A DNA stretch of 64,000 nt from a virus (Duplodnaviria > Caudoviricetes): IMG/VR virus record IMGVR_UViG_3300042288_001626, one strand, 5' to 3'. The notes beneath the pieces were generated by a model. The model saw only the letters and a program-made list of their open reading frames with translations. It did not search any database and had not been told where the DNA came from. Of this stretch, positions 39,601 to 49,290 are shown piece after piece. The stretch's first letter is position 1. Each line of letters begins with the position of its first letter. Position numbers and translations under genes: made by a program.

Positions 39601-41573
39601 CGTAATGTCAGCACATAGCTGTTTATTGTGGATCCGTTCGTAACGCTGCCTGTAAAAGAAACATTCAGGCTTGTTGAAGAAGCTACGGTGAGGGTTACGC
39701 CTGTTGGGGCATTTGCCGCTGCGCCGACCATCAATCCAGATGTAAACGTGCCTGTTTCACTGTTTCCAGCTCCGCTAGTAGCGTACACAGCTGCATAGTA
39801 TGTTGTTCCGTTCGATAATCCTGTAATAGCAGTGTTTCCGACACTCACAGCCACGTCCTGTCTACCAGGCACAACAGTAGAAAGTCCTGAGTTTGTATAT
39901 AGTGTATATCTGTATCCTGTGATTGCAGACCCTCTCGCTGTTGAGGCTGCAAAGCTTAGAGTTAGTCCTCCATTTACAGCAGAACCGAGCGTTACACTTG
40001 CTGGGGCTGTAGGTGTAGTAAATGGTGTCGCTCCTGCCGTGAATGATCCCGCCGTTCCATTTCCTCGCGCTGTGGTTGCGTATACTCTCGCATAATAGGT
40101 CGTACCGTTAGCCAAGCCAGAAATAACAGTGCCACTAGGTGATGCTCCTGCCACATCTGTTTTGCCTGCCACGGCAGCTGTCAGAGCAGCATCGGTATAC
40201 AATGTATAATTATACCCTGTAATAGCTTCTCCTTGAGCTGTTGCTGCTCCGAAAGTGAGTGTAAGTACTCCGTTGCCTGCCGAACCCAGCGACACACTTG
40301 TTGGAGCTGTAGGAAATTCGAATGGGTATGCGCTAACAGCGCTACCTGTTCCTGCTCCTAGGGCTGAAGTTGCCCATACATTGACATAATAGGTTGTTCC
40401 GTTTGTGAGGCCAGTAATAGAGTTAGTGCCTACCGCAGCAGCTACATTTACCTTGCCTGCGACCGCCGCTGTAAGTCCTGGGTCAGTGAACACAGAGTAT
40501 TGATAGCCTGTGATAGCTGCTCCTTGAGCTGTTGCTGCTCCAAAAGAGAGCGAGAGTGATTGTGATGCTGACCGAGTTAACGTCACGCTCGTCGGAGCCG
40601 ACGGAACCGTTGTAGGAGTTCCAGAAGCACTAGCATAGTCGCCATAGCTTGCATTAGAGCTATATACTCTCGCTCTTACATAGTATGTCGTTCCATTAAC
40701 GAACAAAGCATTCGTAAGAGTTACAGTTGTGTTTGTTGTTGTTACTGCAGAGTAGCTTCCTACGATGTTTGTAAGTCCGCTATTACTATACACGGAATAC
40801 TCAAACGAACCAAAAGTAGAATGATTTAAAGTTGTGGATGTCTGTGTGGGGAATGTAACTACCAGAGTATTGGATGTTCCGTTACCAGCAACAGTCATGC
40901 CAGAAGGAGCCTGAGGAGGAGCGTAGGGAAATGCTCCTGCTGAAGAGGCTGGCGAACTATCTCCAGAACTCAGCGTTCTTACAAATACTCTAGCATAGTA
41001 TGTTGTTCCATTATTTAAATTTGAATTTGTTACAGTTACAGTTTTAGCCTGTGCAGGCGTAGCCACGTTACTTAATCCTGCTACAGGAGTTGTGTATGCT
41101 GCATCGCTAAATATTGTATATATAAACTCCGACAAGGTCCCTCCGTTAAGGTACGTGTTTCCTGCTCCTGTACCAAAAGTAATCACCAGCGTACGAGCTG
41201 TACCATTCCCTGCTAGACTTATTGTGTTTGGAGCTGATGGAAGTATTCCTAGTGTTGTGTTCGAGGAGTTCGAGCCTAGGGTGTTTGCTCTGTTTGTGAC
41301 TTTTGCATAATATGTAGCAATATCTGCAGTTCCTGCATTGGCCAGCAAAGTCGGATTAGATGTAAATGGCAGGGTATTCGCTGTGCTTGTAGCGAGAACT
41401 GTAGAGAACCCTGTTTTATACCATTCTATAACAATAGGCAGTGTTCCGTTATTTACGGTGATACTCGGAGCAAAAGCACTGTTTAGCCCTACGTTCGTAT
41501 TGGCTGCTGGTTGAGCACTAATATTTGGAACAATATTTAGTGCTTTTGCTCTTCCTCCAGGAAATCTAGGCAT
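36642..41573 (-). CDS. 1643-aa fibronectin type III repeat protein (one Ig-like plus about 14 Fn3 domains)
   Basis: Repeated P-x-AP...NG..I..Y.Y...GL.NGT.YY..V.A.N units of about 100 aa; Cys-rich C-terminal domain. Confidence 0.88.
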   Translation of the reverse strand: MPRFPGGRAKALNIVPNISAQPAANTNVGLNSAFAPSITVNNGTLPIVIEWYKTGFSTVLATSTANTLPFTSNPTLLANAGTADIATYYAKVTNRANTLGSNSSNTTLGILPSAPNTISLAGNGTARTLVITFGTGAGNTYLNGGTLSEFIYTIFSDAAYTTPVAGLSNVATPAQAKTVTVTNSNLNNGTTYYARVFVRTLSSGDSSPASSAGAFPYAPPQAPSGMTVAGNGTSNTLVVTFPTQTSTTLNHSTFGSFEYSVYSNSGLTNIVGSYSAVTTTNTTVTLTNALFVNGTTYYVRARVYSSNASYGDYASASGTPTTVPSAPTSVTLTRSASQSLSLSFGAATAQGAAITGYQYSVFTDPGLTAAVAGKVNVAAAVGTNSITGLTNGTTYYVNVWATSALGAGTGSAVSAYPFEFPTAPTSVSLGSAGNGVLTLTFGAATAQGEAITGYNYTLYTDAALTAAVAGKTDVAGASPSGTVISGLANGTTYYARVYATTARGNGTAGSFTAGATPFTTPTAPASVTLGSAVNGGLTLSFAASTARGSAITGYRYTLYTNSGLSTVVPGRQDVAVSVGNTAITGLSNGTTYYAAVYATSGAGNSETGTFTSGLMVGAAANAPTGVTLTVASSTSLNVSFTGSVTNGSTINSYVLTLRTVAASTGPAVPAYSGVTITSGAVLTGLVTGTTYFADVVANYTFGGSTANTAAGSSSGVTCAVAPAAPSSVTLAAASSTSVTLSFVTGVTNGATINNYTYSLRAGASYAVSSYVAGQQNISTTATSGIPITGLSTGTTYYAEVKTNYTVNGVAGSTGVTVSSGVTTVGVPSAPSSITLAATSGTTMSLTFTPGSLNGSTLTNYSYSLKRSSDNVVVSGPTTTSSTSGIGISGLTAGTTYYAEVWTNSNLGEGARGTSTAVLCAAAPSAPSGVTLTVASATSMTLSFTPGATNGSTLQTNPYNYTINVGSVSGTQQASGSTSSTSGISITGLTTGTAYFASVYTASTNFGNSASASSSGVVCAIAPAAPTSVLLSRIAGSSTSLSLSFVAGSTNGSTLTASPYRYILYSGAIGGTVAVSDSGTTSSPITIGGLTAGTTYTARMYTASSNAGNSAFADFTAGTLCAAAPSATAANYTLTNGTSNQITFNWGSVFTANGSAITGYTYTVYNSGGVVVAGPTSAGTNTSITQTGLNNGTQYYIIVSATNAAGSTSAQSNNVACIGAPAFTGSFSNTNGTSGQVTFNWGSVFSNNGSSITGYNYTVRTSGGTVVAGPTSTTNSSVTITGLSNGTDYNITVTATNGAGTSAGAQSGNIVCRGVPSGTISYLFTRGNQQLTFSWSGWNTNGAAILDYTYTFYTSPGNAVVAGPTTTTNTSATATGLTNGTNYYISVSARNAAGSSTAIASDWVTVCTVPGVSGNMTYTKAAGTITLNWDAPAVTGGCLIQGYKVRLRNGATVVSDWTTVTNRTTTYTGVPDGQNYTADLIAYSAAGDGATNTYTGILSFVTIVAPAGTPVPVSMTYYIGNNWRTTRVNFSGATGFGTASVVTGMTVTGCPSNNGSWLGQSWSCFGGSSGFTVNNANSSSVLISWGGNVNCGSGFTNASLCVKAKFTNSAGEGAETAPFRVESYGQSTTILYSTLGGSGCLNGC

Positions 41574-41577
41574 AGGG

Positions 41578-44500
41578 TTATACGATAAGATCTCCGCTCA
41601 GTACCCACACAGCAGGAGTTGTTGATACACAATGAAGCACAGCAGTCGAATACTGCTGGGCAAGTTTATATCTCCCTCCTGCAGAAACAACGCCGTTTGC
41701 CGAGGAGACAGTGTGAAGCGCACTCGCAGAACCATTAACTAGAATTATTTGCGTTCCTTGAGCAACATTTGTAGCTACAGGTGCGGTGATTGTGACTGCG
41801 CTTGTTCCTGTGTAGTATACTGTGTTGTTTGCATCTGTCGTCTGCAGTGCGTCGGTTGTGCCAGAACTTACTGTTCTGGTGCTCGGAGCACTATATGGGC
41901 CTGTACTTCCCTGAAGTCCTGTGGCTCCAAATACTCCTGTAGCTCCCACTAGTCCTGTTGCCCCTACCGCACCTGTGGCCCCTACTAGCCCGGTAGCACC
42001 CTGAAGTCCTGTAGCTCCTGCTGACCCGCCAGGTCCTGTAGATCCTTGAATTCCAGTTGCTCCAGTTAATCCGGTTGCTCCTTGAACTCCTGTGGCTCCA
42101 GAGCCTGTGGCTCCTTGCGGACCTGTGGCTCCTGTGGCTCCATTATTAGCTGTCTTTGCATTCACAATACTAGCCTCAATCGTTGTGGTAGTATTGGGAA
42201 TCATTGTCGCGTTCCCTGCTGCACTGTTGTACATAGAGAACATGTATCCAGAGTATTTTGTTCCTCTGTATACACTGACCAGGAAAGGGCCTCTGTATAA
42301 ATTTCCTTGATAGAAGGACAATGGACGAGCCAATACAGTAGGAGCTGTGACCGCTGTGTTGGCTCCTATGCTGAGAGTTGTGTTTGTTGTGTATGTCGAG
42401 GAACTAAAGCTTACTAGCAACCCTGCAGCTATATTCACATTATTGCTCGTGGTACATGTGACTGCATTATTCGTTACCGTGGCTCCTGCAGTCAAATTAA
42501 CCAAATTATTAACAGTATATGGTGCGCCTGTTCCTGAGACGATGAATGTGTTCGGAGGTATCCCTGCTCCTTGAATAAATGTGCCTGCAGGCAGAATATT
42601 GCCTCCAGTTGTTGAGAAAGAGGTCGTATTCGTTGCTGTTGCTGACACTGTGGTGCTCAGTGAATATGTAACAGCTGTGACTGTTGTTCCTGCTGGAATA
42701 CCTAATCCTTGAATTCCAACACCTACAGTGAGAGGAGTTCCACTGCAGTTATTCAAACTAAGTGAGTTTGTTGTGCTTGTTGTTGTAACAGTGCCGTAGA
42801 ACGTGTTGTTTGTGCTTGCGATGTATATGTTGTTTGCTCCTCCAACACCCAGAAGATATGAGTTGAGACTGAGAGGAGTTCCAGCTCCGTTACTCATGGT
42901 CAGTGTTGTGGTCGAGCTGGCAGCAGCAAGTCCTGTGTAGTTAGAGCCTGCACAAACAACCTTCCACAAACCTCTCTGTGCTGGAGTTGTTGTTTGTGCT
43001 CCCAGCAGAACCAAATCGTTAGCTAGTACCGTGTAGCCATCTATTACAAGAGGACCTGCTGCGGTATAAAGCTGATTTGCAGTTGTCGTAGCAGCAATAT
43101 TGGTTTCGCTATAGGCTGCAGCATAGTATAATGAAGCAGGAGAGAATCCTGTTGCTCCTGGGATAGTTCCTCCATAAGGAAGCTGTTCGCTAACAAGGTT
43201 AGTTCTAGCGACGTTATTTGTTACGTTGGAAAACGGGGTACTTCCTGTAACATAAAGCGTATTACTATCCCATTCTACAGCGTGAGCAGCTGGAGTCTGT
43301 AATAGCACGCCAGCCTGAAATCCAATAGGAGATCCTGTGGTAGAACCTGGAGCGAATGTCTGTCTTGCTATATATGTGTTGCCTGCAGTTGTGGTATTGG
43401 TTGATCTCTGCCCTATGACTACTGTGCTGATACCTGTATTACCCACAACAATGTCTGAGTTTACAGTAGCAGAATATACATTGTATATATAGTTTACTCT
43501 AGTTGATCCGAAGCGTACATAGGCCAAAACACCACTTCTGACTGTGCCTTTATACCACGGAGGTCTCTCAAACGTAGCAGGCGTTCCTGCTCCTCCAAGA
43601 GAAGTAATAATCCAAAAACCATTTTGAATATTGCTTGTCTGGGCAGTAAATAGAATGACAGAATTAACCGGCGGACTATACGCCGTATCAAAGGTGATCG
43701 GCGAGGCTAGATTGCCTGTGGCGTACGTGTCTCCTGTCATCACACCTGATAGGTTTCCTATCTGTGCGACGTTAACATAGTATATGGGACTGTTTAGGGC
43801 ATTTAATGCCTCATAAATTCCTGTTGCTCCTGTTCCTCCTGAACCTATGGATACAGGAAGAGTTACTCCTGGACCTGTAGCTCCCTGAGCTCCTGTAGCT
43901 CCCTGAGCTCCTGTAGCTCCAACCAATCCTCCAGACACAGGAGCAAAAAGAACAGCGTCATTGTTATTGAATTCGGCTGTTCCTCCGGTAAGGGTAACAG
44001 GAAGAAGTATATAATTATTATCAACTAGTGTAGGAGCAGCATTTACAGTCCATCTCTGAGACTTGCTAGAATCCGACTTTTGTTGAATCACAAAAACGTC
44101 GTCTTTCTTTAGCAGAGCCAAAAACATATCAATGTCGTTATTAGAGACATCTTTATGTGACACTAGTATGCTAGTAGCTGCAATTTGAGTGGCTGTGTTA
44201 TAATATATATGTCCTCCTGTGACACTAAATGTACCTACAGGGGTAGGAAAAACAGCGGTATCTATTTGATAGTTGTAAAAGCTTGTCGACTGGCCTGCAG
44301 GTCCCTGAGACCCAGTCGCTCCTTGTGCTCCAGTCGCTCCTTGTGCTCCAGTCGCTCCAGTTGCTCCTGCAGACCCGACGATGCTAAAAGTCCACGGAGT
44401 AAGCGTTCCTGTACCTGCCGCAACATCAACAGACAAAGTTAAAGCAGTTCCAGCGAAAGCCGTAATAGTGCCTTCCATGTAGTTTTCAGGAGAGGCTGTG

Positions 44501-45372
44501 TGTGCGGCACGAACACGACTTCCCACATTAAACGCGGTAGCTGACGATCCGAGACTTGTTGTAAACGCTTTGTTCCCTGTACCTATAGTGAGACTCGATG
44601 CTGAGGTTAGTCCTGCATGCCCTAGTCCGGTACTTCCTGTGCTTCCTTGTAGTCCTGTGGCTCCTTGCACTCCAGTAGCTCCAGAGCCAGTCGCTCCTTG
44701 AGGTCCAGTAGAACCTTGTATACCTGTGGCTCCTTGCACGCCAGTGCTTCCTGTGCTTCCTTGTAGCCCTGTGCTTCCCTGGAGTCCTGTGCTTCCCTGC
44801 GTTCCTGTAGCACCTTGCACTCCAGTGCTTCCTGTACTTCCCTGGAGTCCTGTACTTCCCTGCAGTCCTGTGCTTCCTTGCAGACCTGTGCTTCCTTGAA
44901 TCCCTGTACTTCCTGTTGATCCGGTTATTCCAGTACTTCCTGTGCTGCCTTGTAGTCCTGTACTTCCTTGCAGACCTGTGCTTCCGGTGCTTCCTTGCAC
45001 TCCAGTAGATCCTTGCACTCCAGTACTTCCAGTACTTCCTGTACTTCCTTGAATCCCTGTACTTCCTGTTGCTCCGTTAGGAGGTCCCTGGTCTCCTTTT
45101 TGCCCTGTAGCTCCAGTTACACCGGTACTTCCCTGAAGTCCGGTAGCTCCCTGAATCCCTGTTGCTCCAGTGCTTCCTTGCCTCCCAGCTCCTGCTCCAG
45201 GAGTCCAGCTAGCTCCATCCCAGGTCATTGCCTGACCAGGAGAAGGACTCACATCAGCAAGCGGTCTTCCTTGAATTTTAACAACTTTTGTGGACGTTCC
45301 ATCTGAAGCGGCAACCACATCGCCGATTAGATCAAGCATTCCTGCGTCTGGCTTGTTAAATGGAGTACTCAT
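41578..45372 (-). CDS. 1264-aa collagen-like tail fibre protein
   Basis: Three GAT/GST tracts separated by fibre domains (IDGY...DLVLL..QT...RGLW; NGFW; C-terminal [10 protein letters not shown]...WVLSGDL). Confidence 0.82.
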   Translation of the reverse strand: MSTPFNKPDAGMLDLIGDVVAASDGTSTKVVKIQGRPLADVSPSPGQAMTWDGASWTPGAGAGRQGSTGATGIQGATGLQGSTGVTGATGQKGDQGPPNGATGSTGIQGSTGSTGSTGVQGSTGVQGSTGSTGLQGSTGLQGSTGSTGITGSTGSTGIQGSTGLQGSTGLQGSTGLQGSTGSTGVQGATGTQGSTGLQGSTGLQGSTGSTGVQGATGIQGSTGPQGATGSGATGVQGATGLQGSTGSTGLGHAGLTSASSLTIGTGNKAFTTSLGSSATAFNVGSRVRAAHTASPENYMEGTITAFAGTALTLSVDVAAGTGTLTPWTFSIVGSAGATGATGAQGATGAQGATGSQGPAGQSTSFYNYQIDTAVFPTPVGTFSVTGGHIYYNTATQIAATSILVSHKDVSNNDIDMFLALLKKDDVFVIQQKSDSSKSQRWTVNAAPTLVDNNYILLPVTLTGGTAEFNNNDAVLFAPVSGGLVGATGAQGATGAQGATGPGVTLPVSIGSGGTGATGIYEALNALNSPIYYVNVAQIGNLSGVMTGDTYATGNLASPITFDTAYSPPVNSVILFTAQTSNIQNGFWIITSLGGAGTPATFERPPWYKGTVRSGVLAYVRFGSTRVNYIYNVYSATVNSDIVVGNTGISTVVIGQRSTNTTTAGNTYIARQTFAPGSTTGSPIGFQAGVLLQTPAAHAVEWDSNTLYVTGSTPFSNVTNNVARTNLVSEQLPYGGTIPGATGFSPASLYYAAAYSETNIAATTTANQLYTAAGPLVIDGYTVLANDLVLLGAQTTTPAQRGLWKVVCAGSNYTGLAAASSTTTLTMSNGAGTPLSLNSYLLGVGGANNIYIASTNNTFYGTVTTTSTTNSLSLNNCSGTPLTVGVGIQGLGIPAGTTVTAVTYSLSTTVSATATNTTSFSTTGGNILPAGTFIQGAGIPPNTFIVSGTGAPYTVNNLVNLTAGATVTNNAVTCTTSNNVNIAAGLLVSFSSSTYTTNTTLSIGANTAVTAPTVLARPLSFYQGNLYRGPFLVSVYRGTKYSGYMFSMYNSAAGNATMIPNTTTTIEASIVNAKTANNGATGATGPQGATGSGATGVQGATGLTGATGIQGSTGPGGSAGATGLQGATGLVGATGAVGATGLVGATGVFGATGLQGSTGPYSAPSTRTVSSGTTDALQTTDANNTVYYTGTSAVTITAPVATNVAQGTQIILVNGSASALHTVSSANGVVSAGGRYKLAQQYSTAVLHCVSTTPAVWVLSGDLIV

Positions 45373-45405
45373 GAAGGATATATTAACTAGTTAAATTTAT
45401 TAAAG

Positions 45406-47619
45406 CTACACATAATTTATATGGTTAGCTACCAGGGAAAACTCTCCTGATGTGTTTTTAATTATTGTAAACGCATAAAAGTCTATGCCTGCCATACTGC
45501 CTGTTGGATTTGCTCCGTTAGGCCATAAAGGATTAGCAACGCTTCCATTTATAGATATGCTGTCGAACACAGTTGTTCCTGTACTTACATCAGCAAAAAC
45601 AAAAAGAGAAAAACTCACAACTTGGTTCGCATTTAGTCCTGTAGGTGTGGTCACATTTAATGTGTAGGCGGTGTTTACGGCCTGCAGACTAAATATCTGT
45701 GATGAGTTAAGATTCAAAGAGACCACCCCTCTGGCTACCCCTACAGTGGGTCCTGCACTATTAGGAGCAGTGCTAGAAAGAACTTCATACACAGGAGGAT
45801 TTAGCAAGCCTGAGAAAGATGCTGAACCTCCAGCAACTCCACCAATCAGAGCTCTGACAGAAATAACACTGTTATTTAAAGGCACCGAAGACAGGGTTAT
45901 TTGTCCTTTTGTAGGAAGCGTAGGATGCTGAATTACAGTAAAATTCAATCCAGGAATCTGATCTATTCCATCAATACTTACGAAATAGTTTGCCGGATCT
46001 GTTCCATTAAATCCGTCGAATGTAAACGCTGATTGAAATCCATTACCTGTAATCTGAGTATTTACTGAGCCTGCTACAGCTGTAATGGAAATATACCCAG
46101 TGGCTCCCGTAGCTCCTGTTGGACCGCCTGCGGGTCCTGTGGCTCCTATTGGACCTGTACTGCCTGTAGCACCAACTCCAGTGGCTCCTGTAGATCCATG
46201 AGTTCCGGTAGCTCCCTGAATCCCTGTTGCCCCTGTAGCTCCTTCAGATCCTGTAGACCCTTGCGTCCCGGTACTTCCTTGTGATCCGGTTGCTCCGGTG
46301 CTTCCTTGAATTCCGGTAGCTCCCTGAGATCCTGTAGCTCCTTCAGATCCTGTAGACCCTTGAGCTCCTGTGCTTCCTGTGCTTCCTTGTGATCCAGTTG
46401 CTCCAGTACTTCCTTGAGTTCCAGTAGCACCTGTTTCGCCTGTGGCTCCCTGAGATCCAGTGCTTCCTTGTGACCCGGTTGCTCCAGTACTTCCTTGAGT
46501 TCCAGTAGCACCTGCAGCTCCTGTTGCGCCCGCACCTCCTGATCCTCCTTGAATTCCTTGAACTCCTGTCGCGCCTTGAGGACCTGTAGCTCCTGTAGCT
46601 CCTGCCCCAGTTGCGCCCTGTGTTCCGGTGGCCCCTTGAATACCAGTTGCTCCTGTTGCGCCAGCACCTGTAGCTCCCTCAGGACCAGTCGATCCTTGTA
46701 TACCTGTAGCTCCTTGAACTCCTGTTGCGCCTGTTGCACCAGCACCTGTGGCTCCCTCAGGACCAGTAGCTCCCTGAATCCCTGTTGCTCCTGTAGGACC
46801 AGTAGCGCCTCCGCCAGGACCAGTAGCACCTTGAATACCAGTCGCTCCTGTGGCTCCACCTGCATCACCACGATCTCCCTTCGATCCTGTGGCTCCCGTC
46901 AATCCTGTTGCACCTGTTTCTCCTGTAGCCCCTGTGGCTCCAAACCCTGTTGCACCTGTAGAACCTTGATTCCCGGTACTACCTGTACTGCCTTGAATCC
47001 CTGTGCTTCCCTGAAGTCCAGTAGCTCCGGTACTGCCTGCCAATCCTGTGGCTCCTGCTGTTCCAGTGCTTCCTACTAGCCCTGTAGCTCCGGTACTTCC
47101 TCCAGTTCCTGCTGTGCCAGTTGCTCCGGTTAATCCGGTTGCCCCTGTGCTTCCTGCTAATCCGGTACTGCCTGTGGCTCCCTGGGCTCCTGTACTTCCT
47201 GTACTTCCTGTTGATCCAGTTATTCCTGTACTGCCTGTGCTGCCTTGAGGTCCTGTACTTCCTTGTCGTCCGGTTGCTCCGGTTGCTCCTGTAAACCCTG
47301 CAAGTCCTGTCGCTCCTGTCGCACCGTTTCCTCCACCTCCACCGCTACCTGTACCTGTTACAACAAGATTTGATATATCTAGCAGGTTTTTCCAGACAAT
47401 ATCATTTGTCGTATACTTCCACTGAATTGATGTTCCGTTGTTTCTTAGAGTGATCTCTCGACCGTCTTTTCCTGTACCTATAGCTCCGGCAATAGCCTGC
47501 TTCAACAAACCGAAGTCGACCTTTTTGGTTCTGCCGTTCTGCTCTAATATGAGCAGGTCAGGATTATTTACCACTGTCGCGGCAATAAGGTCAGCAATTT
47601 TCTCAGTAAGAACAACCAT
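45406..47619 (-). CDS. 737-aa collagen-like fibre protein
   Basis: GREITL...SIQWKY...W motif, long Gly-X-Thr tract, [12 protein letters not shown] module and C-terminal W.NG..PT....[10 protein letters not shown]. Confidence 0.85.
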   Translation of the reverse strand: MVVLTEKIADLIAATVVNNPDLLILEQNGRTKKVDFGLLKQAIAGAIGTGKDGREITLRNNGTSIQWKYTTNDIVWKNLLDISNLVVTGTGSGGGGGNGATGATGLAGFTGATGATGRQGSTGPQGSTGSTGITGSTGSTGSTGAQGATGSTGLAGSTGATGLTGATGTAGTGGSTGATGLVGSTGTAGATGLAGSTGATGLQGSTGIQGSTGSTGNQGSTGATGFGATGATGETGATGLTGATGSKGDRGDAGGATGATGIQGATGPGGGATGPTGATGIQGATGPEGATGAGATGATGVQGATGIQGSTGPEGATGAGATGATGIQGATGTQGATGAGATGATGPQGATGVQGIQGGSGGAGATGAAGATGTQGSTGATGSQGSTGSQGATGETGATGTQGSTGATGSQGSTGSTGAQGSTGSEGATGSQGATGIQGSTGATGSQGSTGTQGSTGSEGATGATGIQGATGTHGSTGATGVGATGSTGPIGATGPAGGPTGATGATGYISITAVAGSVNTQITGNGFQSAFTFDGFNGTDPANYFVSIDGIDQIPGLNFTVIQHPTLPTKGQITLSSVPLNNSVISVRALIGGVAGGSASFSGLLNPPVYEVLSSTAPNSAGPTVGVARGVVSLNLNSSQIFSLQAVNTAYTLNVTTPTGLNANQVVSFSLFVFADVSTGTTVFDSISINGSVANPLWPNGANPTGSMAGIDFYAFTIIKNTSGEFSLVANHINYV

Positions 47620-47688
47620 AAATAATAACTATATGTTACTGTAGCCAGCAATAAATTTCAACCTTATTCAAAAGCAAACTATATAAGG

Positions 47689-48675
47689 CTAAAACCCATC
47701 ATACAGTGTTTTCCATTTATTTAAAACACTGTTTTCTAGATTAGCTGTGATATCTTTAAAATATGGAGCTAATTTGTCTCTATCTATACTCTTTACTATT
47801 TCTGGAATATCTTCTTCAGATTCAAAATAGAATCTCACACTCTTGTGTTCTGGATTGTACCATTCGCAGAGCTTAGCAAGATCTTCTGTAAGCATGCTTC
47901 CTCCTCCATGCCCTGTTAGATTGAATAGATAGTCTCCTTTGCTCAGCTCGAGAAGTCTCGAGATGGACGGAAGCACAACAGGAATACCTGCATGCAACGA
48001 TTCAAAGACAAACAGCTTAGACATTGCATCAGGCTGAGTAATATAGGCCTTGAAGCCAGAGAGCTCGGCTACATTCTTAAACTTTCCGTGATATACGCTG
48101 AGTTCTTTCGCTTTTAAACTTTGTCCAAGCAGAACATCGTTTCTATACCCTGGTACGATCATCTCTTTCTGCTCACTCTCAGCCTCTTTCCAGGAATGGC
48201 AAGGACTCTCTCCCTCTGGAATAGTGTCTCCCAAAGCTTTTCCTAATGGAGTAATTACAGGAGCAGACAGAACATCAATGCCTCGCTTCAAACACCATAT
48301 CTTTTCCCAGAAAGTGTAGCATGCTACTCTTACTTGAGGATGGTCCTTGTATCTGTTGAACAGTTCATAGAACTCAGGCTCGTGCCACATAGCATAGTCG
48401 AACCTGTTGCATATCCAGATAACGAGCTTTGATTTAAACTCATCCATGTGCTGCAGAATACATCTGGTGATTGCAGATGTATCTGACACAAGCACGTAGT
48501 CGTGAGAGTTGATAAGCTCTCTGTGCTGATTCCAGAAAGTTGATGCTATGTCTCTCGATACCGTATAGGCTCCAGGATAGAATGGGAGGTTCGTTACCTG
48601 AAATCCCAGAATGTTAAGTATGCTGTACTGATCTTTAAAGCAGCCAGAATGGAAGGAAATGTGTAGAACTTTCAT
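47689..48675 (-). CDS. Probable GT-B-like glycosyltransferase or conserved hypothetical
   Basis: LHISFH.GC, VSDT, WICNRFDY, K.FE.L.AGIPV..PS and EWY.PE. ATG at 48675. Confidence 0.5.
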   Translation of the reverse strand: MKVLHISFHSGCFKDQYSILNILGFQVTNLPFYPGAYTVSRDIASTFWNQHRELINSHDYVLVSDTSAITRCILQHMDEFKSKLVIWICNRFDYAMWHEPEFYELFNRYKDHPQVRVACYTFWEKIWCLKRGIDVLSAPVITPLGKALGDTIPEGESPCHSWKEAESEQKEMIVPGYRNDVLLGQSLKAKELSVYHGKFKNVAELSGFKAYITQPDAMSKLFVFESLHAGIPVVLPSISRLLELSKGDYLFNLTGHGGGSMLTEDLAKLCEWYNPEHKSVRFYFESEEDIPEIVKSIDRDKLAPYFKDITANLENSVLNKWKTLYDGF

Positions 48676-48707
48676 ATTCACTGAATCTACAGTGATATTC
48701 CTTCTTG

Positions 48708-49289
48708 TTACAATACAAAACGAGCCAGTCCTATTTTAGTTTTTTCTAGTTTCGAGTAGTAGTCTTCGTGCTCTTCGAGATGATCTTTCGCTATCTCTTT
48801 AGCCAGCCTAGCGTTTGTTGTATGCTCTTTCTCGTGCTCCTGCCCTTTTCGAAGTTCTTTTTTGTCGTATTCGCTGTCAGGCAGCTCGTCAGCCATGCCT
48901 CCAGAAAGCAGCTCTAGAGCTATCTTTAATGTGGGTGTTCGATGCTTCGGTATCTTGAATGTATCGTCTTTTGGAACACTAGGCTTATTCTCTTTCAGTC
49001 TCTTGTCTGTCAGTGGTTTTTCTTTAGCTGTATAGAGGTGATTAAAGTCAGCTGTCGGATCTGCGGCCAGTTTCTGCAATCCTAGCAATATAGAGGCAGC
49101 AAAACTATTTCCTGCCTCTCCCTTCTTCTCTGGAAGTTTAGAATGCTTTGTGGCTGCAAAGTCATGAAGCTGCTTCTCAGACATGCTGGAAGCAAGCTCA
49201 TGTATTTTTTTGTCATAGCTGCCTTTGCCTCTTTTTGCACTAAGCGCCATACCAAACAGTCTTTGTTGTGCTTCGCTTTTAGCAGGCAT
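48708..49289 (-). CDS. Two-module small protein: DUF3008-like plus DUF5661-like
   Basis: MPAKSEAQQRLFGMAL.AKRG...MSEKQL.DFA.TKH..LPEKK; GG.AD...EL.KG.EHEKEHT...AKEIAKDHL.E..DYY.KL; modules joined through QKLA and LKIA. Confidence 0.7.
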   Translation of the reverse strand: MPAKSEAQQRLFGMALSAKRGKGSYDKKIHELASSMSEKQLHDFAATKHSKLPEKKGEAGNSFAASILLGLQKLAADPTADFNHLYTAKEKPLTDKRLKENKPSVPKDDTFKIPKHRTPTLKIALELLSGGMADELPDSEYDKKELRKGQEHEKEHTTNARLAKEIAKDHLEEHEDYYSKLEKTKIGLARFVL

Positions 49290-49290
49290 A

